Shown: positions 1-13,179 of the stretch, piece by piece
How positions within the stretch are numbered: the first letter of the stretch is position 1
Layout: every line of letters starts with the position of its first letter
Assembly: GCF_009914755.1 (NCBI RefSeq)
Contig: NC_060931.1
Source of the DNA: the human T2T-CHM13v2.0 reference genome, Homo sapiens
Direction: 5' to 3' (one strand)
Length of the DNA: 64,000 nt
The notes under the pieces: generated by a model
Databases searched by the model: none
What the model saw: only the letters and a program-made list of their open reading frames with translations
Told to the model about the DNA's origin: nothing
Translations under genes and position numbers: made by a program

Positions 1-135
1 CCGGGTGCAGTGGCTCAAGCCTGTAATCCCAGCACTTTGGGAGGCTGAGGTGGGTGGATTGCCTGAGCTCAGGGGTTCGAGACCAGCCTGGTCAACATGG
101 CAAAACCCCATCTCTACTAAAATACAAAAAATAAT
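1..135 (+). mobile_element. Alu left monomer/truncated Alu at the window edge
   Basis: Alu left-arm consensus ending in an A-rich/(AAT)n tail. Confidence 0.9.
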
Positions 136-746
136 AATAATAATACATGAATAACAAAATAATTCAGAATGGTAACTGCCCATCGAAAAGAAACACTGTT
201 CATCAGGGGACTGATCAAACAACATGGAACTGCATTTATGTTGCAACATTAAGGCACAGTATACGTTCTACTATTTTAGGTCAAAATGCTTACTTCCCAT
301 GCCAAGTTTATCTTTAAATGCTTGCAAACTCAATGTTATCTTTCCGCCCTTCTCACAAGGTCTTCCCTTCCCTGTCTTTATTCATCCCTAACCCTTGGAA
401 GGAAAAAAAAATTACTAATGTCAGATTTTATAAGAAAATAATGATCACCTGATTAACGATTTCTTTTTTGACAAAAAAAAAAACAAACAAACGTTTCCTG
501 GCCTATACAAATCAGATGCTACCTATGTAGGTCAGAAGCTAAAAATAAAAAGCAAAGCATTTATTTTACATCTAGGTTAGGAGGGAGATTTCTCTCCTTA
601 AAAATCCCTGTCGGCGCCGTAGGTTGCAAAGGAAAATGCTTCCCACGAACCCCAGGGCCGGGCAGATTCTGCAGCATAGGGAAGGGGGGTGAGGACCCCA
701 CAACCAGAGCTGTTTGACCAGCTTCCTAAAAACAGGGTCCGTACCA

Positions 747-1042
747 GCTGGGCGCGGTGGCTCACGCCTGTAATCCCAGCACTTTGGGAGGCCGAGGCGG
801 GCGGATCACGAGGTCAGGAGATCGAGACCATCCTGGCTAACACGGTGAAACGCCGTCTCTACTAAAAATACAAAAAATTAGCCGGGCGTGGTGGCGGACG
901 CCTGTAGTCCCAGCTACTCCGGAGGCTGAGGCAGAAGAATGGCGTGAACCCAGGAGGCAGAGCTTGCAGTGAGCCGAGATAGCACCACTGACCTCCAGCC
1001 TGGGCAACAGAGCAACACTCTGTCTCAAAAAAAAAAAAAAAA
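747..1042 (+). mobile_element. AluY, full length, with TSD
   Basis: AluY diagnostics (atcgagaccatcctggctaacacgg), poly-A, TSD ggtcYgtaccag at 736-747 and 1043-1054. Confidence 0.92.
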
Positions 1043-1401
1043 GGTCTGTACCAGACAGAAGCTGCTGAATAATTCAGAACCCGGGCGTGCTCCCAAGCAG
1101 GCCAACACATCAGTGCACACCTGACAATTAAATGATGCAGGTGATTTTTTAGAGCAATTATGGTTTGTGTTCAGGGTGCAGAATGAGACCAGCATATGAA
1201 TTTGGAGTGTTTTCTTTACTGGTTTCCTTACAAGGACAGTAATACGAGGCATCTCATTTCAGAAGTCAGCTGCAGTTAGGAAGTTCATTTCCACATATTT
1301 GATTAGCAAATGCTTACTCTATTACATTTGAAACCTGTAGTATTCTGAGTTCTAAAAACAAAAATTATCTCCTGGCTACATTAATCTTGGATGAAAACTG
1401 A

Positions 1402-1760
<359 letters not shown>

Positions 1761-3047
1761 ATCCATCCCCATTCACCATGTAAACTGCAGAATAAACGCA
1801 GTCACGTGTCCCAAAAAGCACCTGACAAGGGCAGCCTGCAGCCACAGGACGAGACGTCGTAAGGCTGCGTGCACCTGCCCAGGGGGGAAACCCATCGCCA
1901 AGCTCTGTGCTGGAATTCTGCAGACTTGCAGCTCCCATGTGGGCCATGCTGATACTACGGGGTCTCCTGTCCTAGGGGCCGAGCCCTGCGCGTTCAGGAG
2001 AAAGCGGGGTCCCAGGAGCATCCAGGCACAAACGCCGTTCCCAGGTTTCTGGTGTGGGGACAGAAATGCCGAAGCCCACGGCTTCAGGCTCATCCAGGGC
2101 CATCCCTCCGGCCAAGCTGCCTGCGGAGACACCGCCCCGCCAGCCACTTTTTGGAGGACTTTGTGCCGATGCTGACTGGGCAGGAAAAGGGAATCGTGCC
2201 TTGTGGTTACTCTTCTGGGAGGCCACGGAGAAGCTGGTCACATTGCTGGCTGCTGCATTAATCAGAGGAACATAAATGGGCGGACGGAGGCCACGCGGCC
2301 AGGGCGTGCGACGGCCCCTAAGAGCCCGGGACGCAGGAAGCAAGAAGCCACCTCCAGCCGGGGGGTCACCAGCCCTCGCCCGGAGCAGGGAGAGGGTCTC
2401 GCCCTTCATGGCCTGCAGCAACCGTTGTCTCGACAGCGCTGGTGAATGAAGGAGTCTGTGGGCACAGGGCTGACTATGCAGTGCCTGGTGGGCACCAGGG
2501 GCCGGACCACCCAGGTCTGGCTGAAAGGCAGCGGGACGCCCAGACGGGCGGCAGAGGCCCTGCGTTTGGGATTTTGCAGAGGGAGCAAATGTCCCCCTCT
2601 CGGCCCCTATAAAATCTGGCGGACCAACTCGTTTTGTGTTTCCAAGTATGACATTTTCAAAATGGCACTAGAATTAAAACCAGACACAAAGCCACACAGG
2701 TGATTCCATTCCCACGAAACGTCCCGAGCAGGCAAATAATCCACAGAGACCAGGAGGGTCCGGGGGCTGCCAGGGCCGGGAGGGCAGTGGGGGTGACGGC
2801 TCACAGGGACGGGGCTCTGTCTCGGGTGAGGACGGGGCTCTGGGATGGGAGCGGTGCCGACAACGTCGTGTGTAGACTCAACGGCCCTGAAATGCGCTTC
2901 CGGGAAAGGTCAAAACGGTCGGCGTGCTGTGACGTGCATTTTACCACAATGGAAAGACCCGCACGCTCCTTTCTCGACATTTCACAGAAGGATTTCAGAG
3001 AGAACAGGGGTCAAAGTCCTCCCCAAGAAGGAACACAGGCACAGCCA

Positions 3048-3650
3048 CACTGCATACACACACGTGCACACACACAGGTGCACACACCCACTCACACGTG
3101 TATACTCACCCCCACACGTGTGCACACCCACGCACACACGCACACACCCACACGTGCACACTCACACCCACTCTCACACACGTGCACTCACACCCACGCA
3201 CACACGTGTGCACACCCATACACACCCACATGCGTGCACACACCCACTCTCACACGTGCACTCACACCCACGCACACACGTGTGCACACCCATACACACC
3301 CACACACGTGTGCACATACCCACACTCACACGTGCCAAACATGCGTGCACACCCATGCGCACACACTTGCACACTCCCAGGTGCACACACACACCCCTCA
3401 CACGTGCACACTCAAACCCCCACACTCACATGCATGCACACCCATGCACACACACCCACACACTCAACCCACACAGTGCACTCACACCCACACACGTGCA
3501 ATTCACACGCATTCTACACACATGCACACACCCATGCATGTGCACTCGCACCCATGCACACTCACACGTGTACACCCATGTGCACTCACATGCACACATG
3601 CACACACACGCACACACACCCCCATGTGCACACTCACCCCCACACACCTG
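3048..3650. repeat. Degenerate (CA)-rich tandem array (UG-rich in the pre-mRNA)
   Basis: Iterated cacacccac/cacacgtg/tgcacac motifs; source of the H/T-rich spurious ORFs. Confidence 0.95.
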
Positions 3651-4295
3651 CACGGTTCTGCCTGCTCTAGCCCAAGGAGCCCCCACTGGCCCAGCTGGCG
3701 CCATCGCGTATAACTCAGGCTTCAGCAGCGTCTTTCCTGCCAGGCCGTTAAGCAGGCTCACCCGAAGGTGAAAGGGCCCTGGGCACACCTGAAACCCCAG
3801 CCTGCCGTTATCCTTCCCGGAACTGAGAGCAATGATGGCGGCGTAGAAAGGGCAGAGGCGGCTCCCAGAGAAACTGCGCTTAGAAGGGAACTAGCACAGG
3901 TCAGGGAAAGCAGCTCGACCCAGCTCACACGTGTACCGGGAGCCAACACTGGCTTTCAGCTCTACACGGACTGGTGTGGAGGGAAGGCTGGGGGCGCGGC
4001 TCTGACAGCAAAGGGAGAAGCAGACAGGAAACGCACAGGATGGCAGAGACGTTGAGAAGCAGGGCAGCCCCGCCCACGAGAGAGGAGGCAGGCTCTTGGG
4101 GTTTGCCAACAAGTGACAGTGTGTGTCATCTGTGCACGTGTCTGTGCGTGAGCATGCCTGTGTGTTGCACCCCAAACCTCCATAATACCAACAACACTCA
4201 ACTGCCAGCCACGCAGGGAATGGGGAAGAGGCCGGGGTGGCCAGCAGGCGCCCAGATGTCGGGACACACAGCCGTGCAGGGGCGCAGCCACTGAC

Positions 4296-4356
4296 CTAGG
4301 ATGGAGACCTTGCTGAGGAACTCCTCGTACATCTTGCGTTTCCTCAGCGTGCTGCC
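4296..4356 (-). CDS. PRKAR1B: PRKAR1B internal coding exon (61 bp, probably exon 8): GSTLRKRKMYEEFLSKVSIL(E)
   Basis: ttttttactttctcccgaacag|GGC AGC ACG...ATC CTA G|gtcagt. The peptide is visible in ORF 4198..4401 and continues the RI-beta sequence. Confidence 0.97.
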
Positions 4357-4649
4357 CTGTTCGGGAGAAAGTAAAAAACAGACAAGAAGGTGAATCTTCA
4401 TACCTGGATCATCCTGACGTTTCCAGATTTCCCCAAATGACTCTCAACTTTTAAATGAGACCCTCCAAGCATTCCAAGTCCCCAAAGCCCTCGACGACTC
4501 GGAGTCTGCGTGAGCTGCCACGGTGTCCTATGCCCCCCACCTCCCTCCTCCCGGGGGGCTTCTGGAGAAGCTCCCGGCATGGTTGCTAAGTGTCCTGGCT
4601 GGCAGCAGAGTTCCCCACCCAGCCAGGACCCGTGGTAGTTCCACACGGT

Positions 4650-4830
4650 GAGCGCACAGCCAGCCAGAGCCTGAACCCGGGTTTCTAGCCATGAAGGGCA
4701 GGGAGCTCATAAACACATCTGGAGAAACTGAGGCCAACACAGAGACTCAAGCACATGACGTAGAAGGGAGAGTGCGGCTGACGTCAGCTAAGACCCTGGA
4801 TCCAGCCGTGCCTGAAGCTGCCTCGTTACC
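4650..4830 (+). mobile_element. MLT1 (ERVL-MaLR) LTR fragment
   Basis: cctggatccagccgtgcctgaagc resembles the MLT1J/K consensus. Confidence 0.55.
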
Positions 4831-5819
4831 CATTAAAAGCCGATACTTGACTTCCCTCAACCCTGGGAAAAGCATGCTGAATCATACAATACCAACAAAC
4901 ACGGCCCTGTCAGCGTTATGTGAATTAGAAATTAGAATTCATTCTAGAAACTAGGATTATAAATGTGAATTAGAAAAACACACCCCTTCTTTAAGCACAC
5001 ACATCCCATCAAGCTGATGGGCCCTGGTGCAAACAGGAACGAGGCCCCTGCTCTAGGCAGTCAGCTCCAGCCTGGTGTGCAGAAAGCAGCCTGGGTCTCA
5101 GCCCCTCTCAACCCTCTGCCTGGGCCTTTGTACAGTGCACGAACTCCACAACTGTACAGAGCAGCCGCACGGTGGGTACGATTCAGCACTGCACATTCCA
5201 AAAACAGAGACACAGAGTCCACCCGGACAGCAGCAAGCTCGACTTTGCTAAAATTCAAATGGTATCATCCACTGACAGAGGCCACGCGTTCGAGTAGGGT
5301 GTACGCCGGGATGTGAGTCAGACCGAGAGACGACATGCTAGTGATGAGGTTTTTCCGTGACCCTAGATAAGTCCCCTGGGGTGTGGAGAAAGGAGGGAGG
5401 AGGGAACTTGCTGTGTTGAACGCCCACTCCAGGTCAGGGAGGGGGGCTCTTGGACACACTGACCCACATCGACCTCGCAACAGATAACCCTGAGAGGGGA
5501 ACATACTTTTATCCTTATTTTCCAGAGGCAGAAACTGCAGCTCCGCAGGGCTGAGTGACCACCCTAGATAGGAACCACGGAACCAAGAAGGAAAGCCTAG
5601 ACTGGGCCCTAAAAGCCCCAAAGCTGCCCCCGCCTCTCAACTTGAATGGGGACGTATTTTACCCCTTCCTGACATGCTGTTTTGCAAATTCCCGTAATGC
5701 CCTGAGACAGAAAACCACAGTGAGCAGCATTTACCAGGTGCCTCCCACCTGTGCAACTGACCAAGTGCTGACCAGGGGCACGCAGACACAGTGGCATGTG
5801 CAGTTTCTGAACATGTCCC

Positions 5820-6496
5820 TCCCCTCTCCTCCTTCCTGCTGACTGGCATGTGGAGATGATGGCTGGGGCTGCAGCAGCCATCCTGGGCCCCTGAGGAGCA
5901 TCAGTAAGAGAAAGCTGGTTCTCGGGCCCCATGGAACAACACACCCACCCTAGACAGACTCCCAGAGCGTGAGAAACAGCCGTGTGGTTTAAGACACTGT
6001 TATTTTGAGTATTTCTGTTACACCTGGCATGGAGGCAGCCGGCCCCCAATGATCCTCACTCGCCTCCTGGTGTCCACACCCTGTGTGCTCTGTCCCACGA
6101 TGAATAGGGCTGACGGATGCAACTAAGACCACGATGAATAGGGCTGACGGATCCAACTAGAGAATGCTAAGGAAATGAGTCTGAGATTTGCAAAGCCAGG
6201 TTGTAAAAGATACTGTGGCTCCTGCCCTGCTCTCTCCTGGATCGCTCAGCTGCAGAGAAGCTCAGAGGAGGAGCAGCACCTTCCTGCCACCCTCCAGCCC
6301 TGTTGGGGGGAAGCCACCACAGAAATCTCCTCTGCCCCATAAGACCTTCTGATCCCCCCAGCCCGAGGAGGGTTCCAGGCCAGAGCCGAGCAGCTGCTTC
6401 CTCCATGACCCACAGGAAATGGAACAAATGTAACACTGTTGACAGAGGCCACTAAGTTTGAGGGGAATTTGTTACACAGCCACAGCTAACTAATAC
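5820..6496 (+). mobile_element. Two adjacent MLT1 LTR fragments; the second (about 6027-6496) is MLT1E/F-like and has a short internal tandem duplication at about 6095-6160
   Basis: gatggctggggctgcagcagccatc; 3' end gccactaagtttg...atttgttacacagc...ctaactaataca. Confidence 0.7.
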
Positions 6497-6675
6497 ATCC
6501 AGCAAAATTTAATCCTAAGGGTAAGGATAGGCTAGGAAACCTAGGTTAAGATAGAAAACTATAAACTCTTCTGAGTCCTGCAGGCGGCTGGCATAACACC
6601 CTGCTGCCAGGGACCCTCCCAGCTGCCACAACGCCTGGGGGCAATGGTGAAGGAGGGTCATTTATCCCACCTTCT

Positions 6676-6915
<240 letters not shown>

Positions 6916-8069
6916 TAGGAAGGAGATGTCAGGAAAGAGAGATGGACTGGACAGGAGAAGCAAGACCCCTGACACTCAGAGGAGCCCCCCAAATGCCTGT
7001 CAGTCTCCCCAAACTTTCTTCTCCTGAGGGGTGCTGTTCAAAGCATCTTCCCATCCACTCCAATCACTCACAGGAATGGAGATCGCAATCAGGCACCACT
7101 TGGTGTTTACTGAGTGCCCTGGACAGGGGTGGGGGCTGTGCTCAGGGCTGTGCCCATCACATTGTCACAACTCAGAGGGCCGAGGAGGAGGAGAAAGTGG
7201 AGGTGAGTGCTTCGGAGGTGTGTGTCTGAAGTTACCCACTGCCGTGGTGAAGTGGGGGTCTGCCCTGGCCCCGCCTCCAGGGCCTGCGCCTACCCACTGC
7301 CCCCTCTCCTATCTCTCAATGCCACCCACAGCCAGATGCAAACTTACTTGTGTCTCCCTTAAAAAGGGACTCCTTGAGCACACCAAAGGTGGCCCCATCA
7401 CATGGGAAAATGAGGGACCACCACACAGCCCCTTCCACAGTTGGGGGTGGGAAAGAGCAGCCCTGGGGACACCGAGTGAGCATAGGGGAGGCAGTCCGCA
7501 GCCCTCCTGTGCAGCCCTCCTGGCTGGGATGGAGCGGGACTCCAGCTGCTGGGGCAGGAGGCCCTGCAGGAGTGGAGCAGAGGATGAAGGAAGGGAGATG
7601 GATTGCTGTGGAAGGAAAACAGCTCAAGGGGGAAGGGCTGGAGGAAAGGCACGTGATGTTAAACGCCTGTCCCTGGAAAACTATGACAAAAATGCAAGCT
7701 CCAGTGAAATGGGGGAGGAATGGCGCGCAAGTCCCCGAGGCACAGCAGTGACTTGTGTGGGGCTCAGGCCGGGTTGTTTCCACAGTTGCTTATTCTGGGC
7801 CCTGGTGGCCAGGCTGACCTTTCCCATGGGCACAGGCCATTTCCGGTAGCGTGGCCCTCCCCACTCGCTCCCAAGCCGCCCTCAGTGTCCAGAAACAGAC
7901 TCCTGGAGCTGCACCAAGCTTCCCACTCACAGATCAGACGACTGAGCCCAGCGAAGGTGTGGCTTGAGCCCAACTTCCATGATGGGGACAAGGACCCTAA
8001 GGACACCCACCCTCCCCTGCCTTCCAGAGCCTCAGCATGGAGGACACAGTGGGCAGTCCACTCAACGTG

Positions 8070-8190
8070 GACAAGTACAGGTTTGAATGTGTCACCTGCA
8101 TCATTGGGCTTTGGTGAAATGAGACCATAAAAATCCCTGCCTCACTGGGTCATTATGAGAACTGATTCTCAACAAATGTTATGTTGCTGC
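8070..8190 (+). mobile_element. MIR 3' fragment
   Basis: gtgaaatgag...cctcactgggtcattatgaga...ctcaacaaatgtta resembles the MIR 3' end. Confidence 0.55.
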
Positions 8191-8191
8191 T

Positions 8192-9885
8192 AATGGTGAT
8201 GGTGGTGATGTTGGTGAGGATAGTGACAGTGGTGATGGTGATGGTGATGGTGGTGATGGTGATGGTGGTGATGGTGGTGAGGATAGTGACAGTGGTGATC
8301 ACGATGATGGTGGTGACGGTGGTGATGGTGGTGACGGTGGTGATGGTGGTGATGTTGGTGAGGATAGTGACAGTGGTGATGACGGTGGTGATGGTGATGG
8401 TGGTGATGGTGATGGTGGTGATGGTGATGGTGGTGATGGTGGTGAGGATAGTGACAGTGGTGATGACGATGATGGTGATGGTGGTGATGGTGATGGTGAT
8501 GGTGGTGATGGTGGTGAGGATAGTGACAGTGGTGATGGTGATGGTGATGGTGGTGATGGTGATGGTGGTGATGGTGGTGAGGATAGTGACAGTGGTGATC
8601 ACGATGATGGTGGTGATGGTGGTGATGGTAATGGTGGTGATGGTGATGGTGGTGATGTTGGTGAGGATAGTGACAGTGGTGGTGACGGTGGTGGTGATGG
8701 TGACGGTGGTGATGGTGATGGTGGTGATGGTGATGGTGGTGATGGTGGTGATGGTGGTGAGGATAGTGACAGTGGTGATCACGATGATGGTGGTGACGGT
8801 GGTGATGGTGATGGTGGTGATGTTGGTGAGGATAGTGACAGTGGTGGTGACGATGGTGGTGATGGTGGTGATGGTGATGGTGGTGATGGTGGTGAGGATA
8901 GTGACAGTGGTGATCACGATGATGGTGGTGATGGTGGTGATGGTGATGGTGGTGATGTTGGTGAGGATAGTGACAGTGGTGATGGTGATGGTGGTGATGG
9001 TGATGGTGGTGATGGTGGTGAGGATAGTGACAGTGGTGATCACGATGATGGTGGTGACGGTGGTGATGATGGTGATAGTGATGGTGATGGTGCTGATGGT
9101 GATGATGGTGATGATGGTGATGGTGACGGTGATGATAATGGTGGTGATAGTGATGGTGACGGTGGTTATGATCCTGATGGTGATCATGGTGGTGATGGTA
9201 TTGAGGATGTTGATGGTGATAATGATGGTGGTAGTGAGGATGGTGATGGTGATTAAAGTACTGATGATGACGATGGTGGTGATGGTGAGGACAGTGATAG
9301 TGATGGATAGTGATGATGACGGTGGTGATGATGGTGGTGATGATGACAGTGATGGTGGTTATGATGATACTGACGGTGATGACAATGGTGGTGATGGTAT
9401 TGGGGATGTTGATGGTGATAATGATGATGGTGGTAGTGAGGATGGTGATGGTGATAATGGTAGTGATTATGGTGGTGATGGTGATGGTGGTGAGGATGGT
9501 GATGGTGGTGATGATGATGGTGCTGATGGTGGTGATAATGATGGTGATGGTGATGATGGTGACGATAGTGGTAGTGATGATTATGGTGCTGATGATGGTG
9601 GTGATGGTGATAATGGTGGTGATGATGGTGATAGTGATAGTGATGATGGTGATAATGATGGTGGTGACTATGGTGATGGTAATGGTGGTGATGGTGATAA
9701 TGGTGGTGATGATGGTGATAGTGATGGTGATGATGGTGATAATGGTGATGACGGTGGTAGTGATGGTGATGATGGTGATAATGGTGGTGATGACGATGTG
9801 ATGGTGATGATGGTGACGATAGTGGTAGTGATGATTATAGTGCTGATGATGGTAGTGATGGTGGCAATGATGATGGTGGTAGTGG
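8192..9885. repeat. 1.7-kb (GAT/GGT)n trinucleotide-derived array with a higher-order unit
   Basis: Twelve copies of the anchor gaggatagtgacagtgg between about 8217 and 9040, then a degenerate GAT/GGT tract. Confidence 0.97.
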
Positions 9886-12378
9886 TTTTTACCGGGTACA
9901 CAAAAGTGTGCTGACGGGGAAAGTCAGGACATTGCAATTCCAACCCCAGCCTACCCATGACTCCCCATGCCCTTGGACTAGTCTTGTCCCCTCTGGTCTT
10001 CGGTTTCTCCATGAGAAGAGTGATTGAAATGAGCAGCTGTTCCGTGTGTCTCTGGCCTGGGCTCCTTCTCTGTCCTCCCAAATTCCTCACCACCGCTCCA
10101 CGGGTGCCATGTCCACCTTGGTCCTTGTCTGCTTCCCATTGACTAGCAGGGGTATGTCAGGTGCCTGAGCTCAGAAATGGGGTCAGACACCCCTGCAAAC
10201 AGCTGCTGACCCAGCCCTCGTCCTCAGCAGCCCCCACCACTGCCAAGATTCCTCCTCCTCCCAGAAGGTGATGACGATAAGCACGGCTCACTATGCTGAA
10301 TGCTCCCCAGCAATCAGGCACCTCCCGAGATCCACACTTTCAGCTGAGCCTACTATTATCTCCACTCTATGGAAGAAACAGAGGCTCAGGGTCGGTGTGG
10401 CCTGCCTATGCCCACCGAGCTGCTAAGTGCTGAGGCCAAGAACTGAAACGGGACAATCTTGTTCCAGAATGGATGCTCGCACGGCCAGGCCCCACACTGT
10501 CCTGGAGACAACAAGGTCATCCCGAACCTCCACTCACACACTCAGCATCTTATCTGCTCTGGAAGAACAGAAGTGGCATCCACAGAGCACCTACCGTGTG
10601 CACGGCACCACGTCATCATGCTGCACCCTCACGTGAGACTGGAGAAGGGCAGCTCAGAGCATGCAACGTGCCCAGGCTGCCCGGGACAGAGAGAGGAGCC
10701 GGGACGATCCAGCCCCTGGATGTTGCTTTCATGATGCCAACACCAAGCCCACGGCCCTGTGAGGGTCAGGCAGCTGGGGCAGCTCTGGACATGTTCAATG
10801 GCACGGGGCCACTTTCAGACGGAATCTGCTGCAGGGAGAGGGGGCTCAACACCACGCAGAGAGAACCGGAAATGTCGGTGGCCTGGCTCCCTGGGCCCTG
10901 CCTCCCCCGGTGCCTGGAGACCAGAAGACAGAGGGGGCTCTGGCACTCTGCTGTGCAGCCCCACGCCCTTCAGGACACTCCAAGAGGAGTGTGGCTCCCA
11001 CAGCCCTGAGCACCACCGGCCCAGCAAAGGGTGTGAAACCATAAGGGGACTCTGCTCCAAAGTATGTGCACATCAGCACAGCACGGCAGGACTCTGTCGC
11101 CCAAGGCACGCACCGGTGAGGAGAAGAGCTGCAGCTGAGAGCACAGAGCTGAACATGGCTGCAGGCCTGGTGGGCACAGCTGGGTGCAGCCACTGGAATC
11201 CTGGCCTGGCGGCACTGACCTTGCCACTCCAACGTGTGGCCCTCGCGTGCCCAGTCCAGGGGACCAAGAGACCAGCAGGGTGGGGGCGGGGCCCCGAGAG
11301 ATGGGCACTTGGAGCCCAAGAGGCCAGCATCCGGGGAGAAAACAGCCCCAGGCCTTGCAAGTCACAGCAGACGCAGACGCAGGAGATGCAGGTGGGAACC
11401 CAGCCCTCCCCGATACCCAGGTCTCAGTTTCTCCATCAGCTCTGGGTCAGAGCAGCACTAAAATGGCTGTAAGCCCCAATTTTAGAGTCCAGGGGGTGTC
11501 CTATCTTCTGCCAAAGCCCTCCCCAAGGTCCCCTCTTTCTGGCAAAAGCCCACAGCCCAGCAGGTCCAGAAAAACCTCAGGAACTTGGCCCAAGACCAAG
11601 ACGGTGCAGACGGCACTTCTCCACCCGCTGCGGGTGCCTGAACGAACCGGGCTTCCTCAGTGACAACGATCTTTTCAGAAACGCCGAGCCCAGGCCCGTC
11701 GGCAGCAGAAAGTGCCGCGTGTCTGCCCCCGAGAGCGGAGAGCGGGCCGGATGCCCGGGGCAGTGGCAGGCGCAATGACCCAGCCCAGGCCATTTTAGAT
11801 TTCTGCCAGCCATAAAAAAAGCACTTCTTTTGAAAAATAATTTATAATTCACACTGACTGCCCAGCAATTACGCCCAGCCGGAGGAATGCAAGCGTGTTT
11901 TGCCCGGGGAACCTCAGACATTAAAGCCTCGTGCACCCGTCCATCTCTCGCGGCGGGGTGACAGCTGAAGGCTGCCAGGGGCCCCCGGGGGAGGGCCCGG
12001 CCCCAAAGACTGCCCCTTTTGGGATCATGTTCCTTCTGTGGCTGAGACGGTCGGTGAGGCAGGGCTGGGAGCTGGCCTCCGAGCTGGCCGGTGGGCACTG
12101 GGACCCCCACGTGGGGGCTCTGCAGTGTGTCTGCCGGCATCCCCAAGGGGGGCTTTGTGTGGGAAAAGGCAGGTGACCCCCATTTCCAGGTACAGGGCTT
12201 CCTCAAGCCCACGGCACGGGGAGGGCGGGGGCGCTAGAAGTGGCTTCTTAACACCGGTCCCACCCACTTCCCATGAGTCGGCTCGGGGGGCACGGGGCCT
12301 GGGTCCCGGCCTCAGCTCTGCCCCATCTTGCCAGCACCTACACACAGAAAGCCTGGAAAACTGGAGCGTTGATAACGG

Positions 12379-12520
12379 CTGCCAGGTGCAGCAGCTCACG
12401 CCTATAATTCCAGCACTCTGGGAGGCCAAGGCGGGAGGGTCGCTTGAGCTCATGAGTTTGAGACCAGCTTGGGCAACATATCAAGACTTCACCTCTATTA
12501 ACAGAAAAAAAAAGGAAAAG
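12379..12520 (+). mobile_element. FLAM/Alu monomer
   Basis: Single Alu arm followed by an A-rich tail. Confidence 0.85.
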
Positions 12521-13179
12521 AAAAATATATACAGCAGCCACTTCTCCAGCCTGGAGACGCACTGTCAGTGGGGTGAAATGACTGGTGATGCCTGACCCTC
12601 CCCACAATGGCCCCAGATGGCTGCAACACGGCCTCATCCCCTCACACTTCAAAGCCAGGAGGAGCAGATTCACACCACAGCCACACACCCCCAAAGTCGT
12701 GAGGTGAAGCCCACCAGAAAGCCAGCCCCGGCTCCCACGCACGGCTGTGGGGTTGGCAACTTCAGTCTGAAGGCACCGCTGTGGAACCCAGCGTGACAGA
12801 CCCCAGGGCCAATGAGAAGAGAAAGAGGCCCAGGCAGGCGGAGCAGGGGTCGCCAGCTGTGAACGGTGCCCACTTTTCCTCCCACCAGGGCCTCCGTGAG
12901 GTGGACTTGCCAGGCAGGTCCCGGCTCTGATCCCCCCATGGATCAGGGTCCCCACGTGCACACTGTGTGACCCTCAGCACATCACGGCTGCCTCAGAGCT
13001 CCTGAGCCCACCGTCCCGCCCGAGTGAGGGTGCACACGGGCCCTCCCGGCTGCCGTGGCCTCACGTGGACACTGCAGGGCACTAAGCCCCGGTCGAGGCT
13101 CGGGGACCCTCCGTGACCTTAGCAGCGTCCTCGAGGCTACAAGTGACAAACTGCTTGTGCTGAGAAATGGAGAAGCCGC

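Noticed and set aside
2700-3771. 337-aa and 308-aa His/Thr-rich ORFs
   Set aside because: Translation of the CA-rich array.
5341-5465. GTGATGA...CTGA, a possible C/D box snoRNA
   Set aside because: Antisense to the host transcript, with no terminal stem or recognisable guide.
8200-9060. Constant anchor with variable spacers, superficially CRISPR-like (also 46304-46499 and 62243-62470)
   Set aside because: The spacers are themselves low-complexity or near-identical repeats, there are no cas genes, and the context is a human intron.
8153-9914. 577-aa (M/V-rich) and 344-aa (T/I-rich) ORFs
   Set aside because: Direct translations of a GAT/GGT repeat, with no promoter, splice context or protein-like composition.
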